This document shows, piece after piece, positions 56,923 through 64,000 of a DNA stretch of 64,000 nt. Numbering within the stretch: the first letter of the stretch is position 1; every line of letters starts with the position of its first letter. The translations under genes were made by a program, and so were the position numbers. The notes below the pieces were generated by a model. The model had not been told where the DNA came from. It saw only the letters and a list, made by a program, of their open reading frames with translations, and made no database searches. The stretch spans positions 3,257,167-3,321,166 of the forward strand of contig OZ260109.1 in NCBI GenBank assembly GCA_965284675.1. The letters run 5' to 3'. This DNA is from Flavobacterium sp. (lineage in GTDB: Bacteria; Bacteroidota; Bacteroidia; Flavobacteriales; Flavobacteriaceae).

Positions 56923-59900
56923 TTATGAATTGTGAGTTTCTGTATCATCATTAACTTCTGATTTCTCCCATTTCTTTCTTTCAGTGATGTAATAGATAAG
57001 TGGAACAATAATCAGCGTTAGAATGGTGGAAACAATCGCTCCAAAAACCAACGAAATGGCTAATCCTTGGAAAATGGGATCAAAAAGTATAATCGACGCT
57101 CCAATTACAACGGCTCCAGTAGTTAATAAAATGGGCGTTGTTCGTACGGCTCCAGCTTCGATGATGGCTTGCTTGAGCGGAATTCCGTCGTTCAATCGGA
57201 TTTCGATAAAGTCGATGAGCAAGACCGAATTACGTACCATAACTCCAGCCAAAGCAATCATTCCGATGAACGAAGTTGCAGTGAAAAATGCGCCTAGCAA
57301 CCAATGTCCCAATACTATTCCGACTAACGACAGCGGGATCGCCATCATCATTACCATTGGCGTTTTGAAATTTTGGAACCAACCTACAATCAGCATGTAA
57401 ATGATTACAATTACGATTAAAAATGCAGCGCCTAAATCCCGAAATACTTCCAATGTGATTTGCCATTCGCCATCCCATTTTACCGTAAAATCGCTTTCAT
57501 CGGCGGGTTGTTCCATGTACAATTCGTTTACTTTATAGCCTTTCGGCAATTTCATTTTTTGGAGTTTTTCGTTCATTCCCAAAATAGCATACACCGGACT
57601 TTCCAATGCGCCCGCCATGTCAGCCGTTACATACACCACGCGTTTTTGATCTTTTCTGTAAATGGTTTTCTGTAACGTATCGGTTATTACTTTTACCAAA
57701 TCAGAAACCGGAACAACATTGCCGTGACTGCCTTTTATTTTTAAATTTTGGATGTCTTGCAACGACGTTTTGTCTTTGTCGTCTAATGAAAGAACAATTC
57801 CGACATTGTCAGTCGACCGTTCGTCGTACAAATTCGAAATCGGGTATTCTTTTAATAAATACGTCAAATTTCCGACTACTTGTTGTGGTGCAATTCCGTT
57901 TAACATTGCTTTTTCTTTATCAACTTCCAACTTGTATTCGGTTTGGTTGTCTTCTACCATCCAATCAATATCGACAATGTCTGAAGTGTTTTCCAAAATG
58001 TCTTTCACTTGATTGGCTACAGCAATTTGATCTTTGTAATTCGGACCGTAAATTTCGGCAACCAAAGTCGATAACACCGGCGGTCCGGGTGGAACTTCGA
58101 TAATTTTGACATTCGCACCGTATTTTCCAGCAATCTTTTGCACTTCAGGGCGGACAATTTTGGCGATGTCGTGACTTTGTAAATCGCGGTCTTCTTTGTG
58201 TAGTAAATTCACCTGAATATCGGCCATATTGCTTCCACCACGCAAATCGTAATGACGAACCAAACCGTTAAAAGTAATCGGCGCCGATGTTCCAATATAA
58301 TTTTGGTAATTCACCACTTCTGGAATCGTTGACAAATACTGAGCGATTTCTTGAGTAACTGCCGCTGTGCGTTCTAATGTAGTTCCTTCGGGTAGATCAA
58401 TGACCACTTGGAATTCGTTTTTATTGTCAAAAGGCAACATTTTTACCGCCACCGATTTGGTGAAAAACATCATCACCGAACCCAATAAAAGAAGTACCGT
58501 AATGCCCAACATCACGCGGCGTTTTTTCGAGCTTTCTAAAAACGGACGTTCCCATTTGTTGTAAATTTTGTAAATCCACGACGTTTCCAATCCTTGCACT
58601 GCTTTGTGTTCTTGCTCGTCTTTTTCGTGCAATAAATGATAACCCAAATAGGGTGTTACTGTTAACGCTACAAACAACGACAACAACATCGCAATGGAAG
58701 CACCAATTGGCATCGGACTCATATATGGACCCATCATTCCGGATACAAACGCCATCGGTAAAATAGCCGCAATTACCGTAAATGTGGCGAGAATAGTAGG
58801 ATTCCCGACTTCGTTAATCGCATAAATGGCGGCTTGTTTGAACGGCAGTCGCTTCATTTTAAAATGGCGGTGCATGTTTTCGGCGATGATGATACTGTCG
58901 TCTACTACAATTCCGACCACAAAAACTAGGGCAAAAAGTGTGATTCGGTTTAGCGTATATCCTAATAAATAATACGAAAATAAGGTCAAAGCAAATGTCA
59001 GCGGAACCGAGAAAAACACGACCAATCCGCCGCGCCATCCCATCGCTAGCATTACTAAAATGGTTACTGCAATAATGGCAATTCCGAGGTGAAGTAACAA
59101 CTCGCCTACTTTATCCGACGCTGTTTCGCCATAATTTCGGGAAACCTCAACGTGTACATCATCAGTAATTATTGTGCGCTGTAGATGTTTGACTTTTTCT
59201 AAAATCTTTTCCGAAATTTTCATAGCATCGGCACCTTTCACTTTTCCGATGGAAATGGTAACCGCTGGATATTCGGATTTATTTACAGCAAAATTTTTGT
59301 TTGTTTTTCCGTACCCAAATGACACATAACTTTTGGGAGTTGACGGTCCGTCTTGCACCAAAGCGACTTGTTTTAAATAGACTGGCATGTTTGCATTTAC
59401 TCCAACCACCAAGTTTTCAATATCTTCTGAAGTTGATAAAAACTGTCCTGTGGTTACCAAAAACTCTTGATCGTTTGACACAAAACTACCCGATTGCGAA
59501 CTACCGTTGTTGGCTTGAATCATTTGCATAATTCCCATGGCGTCAACGCCACTTTCGGCCATTTTATCTTTATCGAGCACGACTTTTACTTCGCGATTTC
59601 GTCCACCGATTTCTTTAGTGATGGCCACGTCTTTTACTTTTTCGATTTCCGACGTTACTTCTTCGGCGATTTGTCGGATTTCAAAATCATTTAATTTTTC
59701 GCTCCATAATGTCAATCCCAACATGGGAACATCATCAATGGAACGCGTTTTTACCATTGGTTTATAAACGCCTTGCGGAAACATGTTTTCGTATTTGGCC
59801 AACTCATCGTACAATTTCACGTACGAGCGTTCAACATCCTGACCTACGAAAAACTGCACAATAATCATCGCCTGACCGTTCATGGCCATGCTGTGCACAT

Positions 59901-60150
59901 GTTCCACTCCTTTGATGTTGGAAATGATTTTTTCTAACGGCTTTACGACTCTACTTTCAACCTCAGCCGGACTTGCGCCAGGATAACCCACCATTACATC
60001 GGCCATCGGGACGTTGATTTGTGGTTCTTCCTCACGCGGAATCAAAAACGAACTGTACACACCGATAATCATCAGCGCGACCATCAACAAAATGGTTAAT
60101 TTCGAGTTGATGAAAAAATGAGCTATTTTACCTGATATACCTTCTCGCAT
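56923..60150 (-). CDS. RND efflux permease (AcrB/AcrD/AcrF family)
   Basis: 1075 aa; REEEPQI, GIVVDDSIIIAEN (TM4 DD), GVMVRNSVLL (TM10), RTTPILLT. Confidence 0.95.
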   Translation of the reverse strand: MREGISGKIAHFFINSKLTILLMVALMIIGVYSSFLIPREEEPQINVPMADVMVGYPGASPAEVESRVVKPLEKIISNIKGVEHVHSMAMNGQAMIIVQFFVGQDVERSYVKLYDELAKYENMFPQGVYKPMVKTRSIDDVPMLGLTLWSEKLNDFEIRQIAEEVTSEIEKVKDVAITKEIGGRNREVKVVLDKDKMAESGVDAMGIMQMIQANNGSSQSGSFVSNDQEFLVTTGQFLSTSEDIENLVVGVNANMPVYLKQVALVQDGPSTPKSYVSFGYGKTNKNFAVNKSEYPAVTISIGKVKGADAMKISEKILEKVKHLQRTIITDDVHVEVSRNYGETASDKVGELLLHLGIAIIAVTILVMLAMGWRGGLVVFFSVPLTFALTLFSYYLLGYTLNRITLFALVFVVGIVVDDSIIIAENMHRHFKMKRLPFKQAAIYAINEVGNPTILATFTVIAAILPMAFVSGMMGPYMSPMPIGASIAMLLSLFVALTVTPYLGYHLLHEKDEQEHKAVQGLETSWIYKIYNKWERPFLESSKKRRVMLGITVLLLLGSVMMFFTKSVAVKMLPFDNKNEFQVVIDLPEGTTLERTAAVTQEIAQYLSTIPEVVNYQNYIGTSAPITFNGLVRHYDLRGGSNMADIQVNLLHKEDRDLQSHDIAKIVRPEVQKIAGKYGANVKIIEVPPGPPVLSTLVAEIYGPNYKDQIAVANQVKDILENTSDIVDIDWMVEDNQTEYKLEVDKEKAMLNGIAPQQVVGNLTYLLKEYPISNLYDERSTDNVGIVLSLDDKDKTSLQDIQNLKIKGSHGNVVPVSDLVKVITDTLQKTIYRKDQKRVVYVTADMAGALESPVYAILGMNEKLQKMKLPKGYKVNELYMEQPADESDFTVKWDGEWQITLEVFRDLGAAFLIVIVIIYMLIVGWFQNFKTPMVMMMAIPLSLVGIVLGHWLLGAFFTATSFIGMIALAGVMVRNSVLLIDFIEIRLNDGIPLKQAIIEAGAVRTTPILLTTGAVVIGASIILFDPIFQGLAISLVFGAIVSTILTLIIVPLIYYITERKKWEKSEVNDDTETHNS

Positions 60151-60151
60151 G

Positions 60152-60262
60152 TTATTTTAATTTGAAAATTTGAAAATGTGTCAATTTGTAAATTTGAAAA
60201 TGTGGCAATTTGAGAATGTGTCAATTTTGGGATAGCCTCATTGACAAATTGACTAATCGACT
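60152..60262. repeat. Degenerate AATTTGAAAATGTG repeat between the MFP and RND genes
   Basis: Tandem AATTTGAAA / AATGTG(T/G)CAATTT units with an inverted AATTGAC arm; same family as 48808-48942. Confidence 0.7.
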
Positions 60263-61346
60263 AATTGGCTAATTGTACTTTAGCTCCGTTGAATAACTTC
60301 CCGTCTGCGGATACGATATAACTCTCGTTGGCACTCAAACCTGACAACACTTCCACCTGATTTCCGAATGATTTTCCGATGCGCAACCATCGTAAAATGG
60401 CTGTATTTCCGTTACCTACTGTGTAAATTCCAGTGAGTTGACCTTGTTTGACCAAAGCAATTTCGGGAACCATTACTTTATCGAAAACTAGGTTTGTGCT
60501 TTCTTTTTTATTTTCCACAGGAAATTGAACGTTCACAAACATGCCTGATAAAATTGATTTATCGATTTGATTCAGATTTACTTTGACTAAATATTGTCCG
60601 CCTGTATTTTTAGCGGAACCACTTACTTCTGATACTTTTCCGGCTACTTCTTTATTGAGTGATTTCACCATTACTTTAACTGTCATTCCATTGGTAATCG
60701 ATGAAATATCACTTTCTGAAACCATCGCTGTGACTTGTAAACGCGATGCGCCTTCGATGCCTACTAATGGCATTCCGGGATTGGCCATATCGCCTTCTTT
60801 TACAAAAGCGTTGGTGATTTCTCCCGAAAATGGAGCTGTAATGTTGGAATAGCTGAACTGCGCCATGACTTCGTTTCGCATTTGACGTGCGCCTTCTAAC
60901 GTGGCTTTGGCCATTTCATAACGTGCGGTCATGTCATCTAATTCTTTTTGGGATGCACTTTGTTGCGCGTATAAATTCACAAAACGATCGTAGTCTTTTT
61001 TGGCATTGTTGAACGCAGCGGTTGCTTGCAAAATGGAAGCGTCTACTTGTGCTTTTTTAGCATGTAAATCGGTGTTGTTGATGCTGACTAATAATTGTCC
61101 GGCTCCCACTTTTTGCCCAACTTTTACATGTACTTTGGTTACGTAACCCATCATTCGCGTACTTAAATTAGCACTGTTTTCGGCTTCAATTTTTCCGCTT
61201 GCGGTTACAAATGGGCTGTTGTTGTCGTTGGTAGTTCCGCTTAGTTGAACTGCAATTGCAGGTTCATTGTTTGCGGTTTCTTTTTTGTCTTTTCCACACG
61301 AGATGAATAGAAAAGTTAGTGCTATAATTGTTATTGTTTTTTTCAT
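60261..61346 (-). CDS. RND periplasmic adaptor (membrane fusion lipoprotein)
   Basis: Lipobox FISC; V.VKVGQKVGAGQLL, ITAPFSGEI, VKEGD, VEVLSGL. Confidence 0.93.
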   Translation of the reverse strand: MKKTITIIALTFLFISCGKDKKETANNEPAIAVQLSGTTNDNNSPFVTASGKIEAENSANLSTRMMGYVTKVHVKVGQKVGAGQLLVSINNTDLHAKKAQVDASILQATAAFNNAKKDYDRFVNLYAQQSASQKELDDMTARYEMAKATLEGARQMRNEVMAQFSYSNITAPFSGEITNAFVKEGDMANPGMPLVGIEGASRLQVTAMVSESDISSITNGMTVKVMVKSLNKEVAGKVSEVSGSAKNTGGQYLVKVNLNQIDKSILSGMFVNVQFPVENKKESTNLVFDKVMVPEIALVKQGQLTGIYTVGNGNTAILRWLRIGKSFGNQVEVLSGLSANESYIVSADGKLFNGAKVQLAN

Positions 61347-61356
61347 TTTTTTACTG

Positions 61357-61506
61357 TTTTTTGGAACGCAGATTGGAGAAATTTCTATAATTTTTATAAT
61401 TGTTGTTCTATTTAGTTCTTATTAAGTTTACTAATTCTTACTACTCTTTTTTGGAACACAGATTGGAGAAATTTTTATAATTTTTATAATTTCTAAAATC
61501 TGTGTT
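61357..61506. repeat. 45-bp direct repeat (period 90) between tolC and the MFP gene
   Basis: TTTTTTGGAAC(G/A)CAGATTGGAGAAATTT(C/T)TATAATTTTTATAATT at 61357-61401 and 61447-61491; copy 2 is closed by AATCTGTGTT. Confidence 0.85.
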
Positions 61507-61521
61507 GGTTAGATTAAATTA

Positions 61522-62835
61522 TTATTTAGTTAAAAATTGCAAGTATTGTTTTGTGAAATTGTACTCGAAAATGGCTTGCAGATGTTCTAATTCTTTTTGA
61601 ATCATTTGGGTTTCTGAAGTCAGTAAATCGGTGGTTTTTTCCAACCCTTGTGCATATCGATTCTGACGGATTCTGAACGCTTCTTGTGATTGTTCGAACG
61701 CCAATTGCGAAAGATTTACTTTATTTTCAGCGTCTTTGAGTTGGCGACTCGTTTTATTCACTTCCAGCTGACTTTGCTTTTTATAATGATCGCCTTCGGT
61801 TTCCGATTTTTGGAATTCAGCTTTGGCTTTATCGTATTTTCCGATGGATTTGTATCCGTCAAAAACATTCCACGATAATTGTGCGCCGACTACATAGCCT
61901 TTTGCAGTAGTTCCGAATAGGTTTCTATCGTACAATTCGTAACTTCCGAAAGCATTCAATCGAGGTAAAAATGATGTTTTGGCCGATTGCAGCATTTTTC
62001 CGTATGCTTCTGTCGATTTGCTCATCGCCTGAATGTCTTTTCTACTGTCGGAAAGAATTGGATTAATCGTTTCGACTGATATAGTATTTTCTAAGTCATC
62101 TGTTGGTTTGTACAATTTATCTTTAGTGTCTTCATTCAACAGAAAAGCTAAATAGTCAGACGCATTTTGCACGTTACTTTTGGCGTACTGCAATTGATTT
62201 TCGATTTCGTTGACACGCACTTGAACGTTCAACACATCGGTTTTCTGGAGCATTCCGTTTTTGAAATAATTCTGCACTAATTTCAAATTTTCTTTGGCTG
62301 TTGTGTTGGCTTTCTCCAACACTTTAATCGCTCTGTACGATAGTTGTAATTGCATGTACGCTTTGGAAACTTCCAATTCCAAATATTCTTTGGTGCGTTC
62401 GGTTTGCAGTTGATAGGCTTCCATTTTAGCTCTAGCCGCTTTGCGTTCGAACCAACCATCAACATTGATTAGTGGTTGTTGGATTTCGAATTTAGTAGCG
62501 AAATTTTGGGTTGTTTCGGGATTGTTCAGTAAATCGGGATTGAAGTCAGATGCCGTCAAAATCTCCTGATTCAATTTGGAACCAAAAGCCATGAGCGGAT
62601 TATTAGTAGAAATTCCGGTGTGAGAAACGGTAACATTGGGTAAAAACAAAGCTCTCGACTGACTGTAATCGGCTTTAGCGGAAGCATACGATTGCTCGGC
62701 TATTTTTATCTGTAAATTTTTGTCCGAAATCTTTTGGAGTAATTCACCTTTGGAAATCGACAACGTATCCTGACCGAATCCGAAAAACGAACTCAAAAGT
62801 GTTCCTGAAAAAAGAATGTAACTGATGTTCTTCAT
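61522..62835 (-). CDS. TolC-family outer-membrane efflux protein
   Basis: Signal peptide; A(KA)DYSQSRALFLPNV, FLPRLNAFGSY, LSWNVFDG, RYAQG..TTDLL. Confidence 0.93.
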   Translation of the reverse strand: MKNISYILFSGTLLSSFFGFGQDTLSISKGELLQKISDKNLQIKIAEQSYASAKADYSQSRALFLPNVTVSHTGISTNNPLMAFGSKLNQEILTASDFNPDLLNNPETTQNFATKFEIQQPLINVDGWFERKAARAKMEAYQLQTERTKEYLELEVSKAYMQLQLSYRAIKVLEKANTTAKENLKLVQNYFKNGMLQKTDVLNVQVRVNEIENQLQYAKSNVQNASDYLAFLLNEDTKDKLYKPTDDLENTISVETINPILSDSRKDIQAMSKSTEAYGKMLQSAKTSFLPRLNAFGSYELYDRNLFGTTAKGYVVGAQLSWNVFDGYKSIGKYDKAKAEFQKSETEGDHYKKQSQLEVNKTSRQLKDAENKVNLSQLAFEQSQEAFRIRQNRYAQGLEKTTDLLTSETQMIQKELEHLQAIFEYNFTKQYLQFLTK

Positions 62836-62885
62836 AATTATGTGTCTGAATTATGAAGCAAAAATAGAACGGTAAATTCGCGCTG

Positions 62886-62920
62886 ACAGTAACAAGTGTT
62901 ACTGTGTAACATAGGTTACA
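62886..62920. promoter_or_regulatory. Tandem GTAAC-N4-GTTAC operators upstream of the tolC promoter
   Basis: ACAGTAAC-AAGT-GTTACTGT and TGTAAC-ATAG-GTTACA; minus-strand -7 box TATTTTTG near 62860-62867. Confidence 0.7.
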
Positions 62921-62955
62921 AAAAAAGGTGCTCAATTGCTCGAACACCTTTTTGT
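62921..62955 (-). terminator. Terminator after the T9SS gene
   Basis: AAAAAGGTG..CACCTTTTT stem with T tracts. Confidence 0.7.
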
Positions 62956-62971
62956 TTAGTGAAGTTAAAAT

Positions 62972-64000
62972 CTATTGAATGATGACTTTTTGAGAAACAT
63001 AAAACTTGTTGTCAAAAATAAAGGTAATAATTACCGTTTGATTGGAAGCGGTTTCCAAATCGAAATCCATGGTATTTTCACCTTGCGCAGTGTCATCGAT
63101 TTCGCCATCGGATAGTATTTTTCCATCGATGGTAGAAACAAAATAATCTACAGTCGTTGCATACGCCATTGTAAAATTGATTTTTACAATAGTGCTGGAT
63201 GTCGGATTGGGTGAAATAGTCATCGAAAAGGGATTTTTTCCGTCAATTTCATGCACATTTAGTGGTTGATTTCGAATGAGTTTCACTTCATAAATAGTAG
63301 CATTGGCGCTAGTTGTATTGGTTTGATTGACGCTAAACGGATTTTGCGTCGGACTACTCAAACCACCAACAATATGGCCAATTACGAATTCGTCTGCTGT
63401 GATTTGATCCAATTGAATTACGTCGTTGTCGTAATGAGGCAACGATTCGTTCGGAATGAATTCGGCACTTGCGCCTTTCAAACTCGGCATGGTTTCAGGC
63501 ATTTGATATTCCTGCAACGAACCATCCGCAAAGCGAGTCGTTCTACTAATTGTATTCACAAAAGGCACACTATTGTCTTGAACTAATGTGGTTCCGTTGT
63601 AATAGTACTGACTTATCCCACCAAAAAATAAGTTGTGCATACGGTTTTCAGTAGCATCATATAAAGCCGAAACAGCACTGTGGTAATTGCTCAAATATTG
63701 GTTGAAAGTCGTTTGCGGAAAATATCCGGATTCTTTAACATCAACAGGATAGAGAAAAGGAAGATCGACATTGATTTGAAAAACACCCGAAGAAATGGTG
63801 TAGCCTTGCGTTCCATCGGGAAATATTTGAGGCAACAAATTATAATCGCGTCGATGCAAATGAACCGCATCGGTAACCACTTGGTAATTGGAAATACTCA
63901 ATTGCGAACTTGAATTATCAATTTGAAATTTCTTGATACTGTTGGTGTAGGTTTGCGTGAATGTTGGATTGTTCATCGGATTGTATCTTCCGTCAAAACG
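62972..64000 (-). CDS. T9SS type A sorting-domain protein (partial, N-terminus beyond right edge)
   Basis: The frame stays open past the ORF-track ATG (RFDGRYNP-MNNPTF); CTD TISPNPT..STIDGKIL..KFYVSQKVIIQ. Confidence 0.8.
   Translation of the reverse strand, partial: RFDGRYNPMNNPTFTQTYTNSIKKFQIDNSSSQLSISNYQVVTDAVHLHRRDYNLLPQIFPDGTQGYTISSGVFQINVDLPFLYPVDVKESGYFPQTTFNQYLSNYHSAVSALYDATENRMHNLFFGGISQYYYNGTTLVQDNSVPFVNTISRTTRFADGSLQEYQMPETMPSLKGASAEFIPNESLPHYDNDVIQLDQITADEFVIGHIVGGLSSPTQNPFSVNQTNTTSANATIYEVKLIRNQPLNVHEIDGKNPFSMTISPNPTSSTIVKINFTMAYATTVDYFVSTIDGKILSDGEIDDTAQGENTMDFDLETASNQTVIITFIFDNKFYVSQKVIIQ

Noticed and set aside
56901-57008. N-terminal extension of the P-II-like ORF
   Set aside because: It overlaps the RND 3' end and a heptamer array (IHNSQLTI); ATG 56900 gives a compact domain.

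Overview
An AT-rich Bacteroidota chromosome segment, very likely Flavobacterium (gldB/gldC, T9SS C-terminal sorting domains, TAnnTTTG promoter boxes, a short primary sigma factor lacking region 1.1). The core genes are pdhB, etfBA, thyA, rpsO-pnp, rpoD, rpe, tRNA-Arg(UCG), a dcw cluster (mraZ to ftsZ, without murF or ddl), engB, gldBC, nadE, dnaG, a polyprenyl synthase and rlmN. Accessory inserts lie between them. (i) An ECF sigma cassette whose anti-sigma looks like one polypeptide spanning both membranes (Dma-like), bracketed by a duplicated terminator. (ii) A second ECF cassette with an apparently split version of that architecture. (iii) ECF-type promoter motifs upstream of surface-lipoprotein genes and rpoD. 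(iv) A BetR-like regulator with a palindromic operator. (v) An orphan carbamoyltransferase and an orphan FkbM methyltransferase. (vi) A two-domain T9SS ice-binding protein gene broken by an in-frame TAG at a conserved Trp. (vii) A TolC-MFP-RND operon with a P-II-like protein, a DUF2892 protein and tandem GTAAC-N4-GTTAC operators. Intergenic spaces hold several families of small REP/MITE-like and heptamer repeats, and a ~96-bp tandem array follows the tRNA. I saw no CRISPR array, rRNA, transposase or prophage. Family assignments come from motif recognition by eye, not from database searches.
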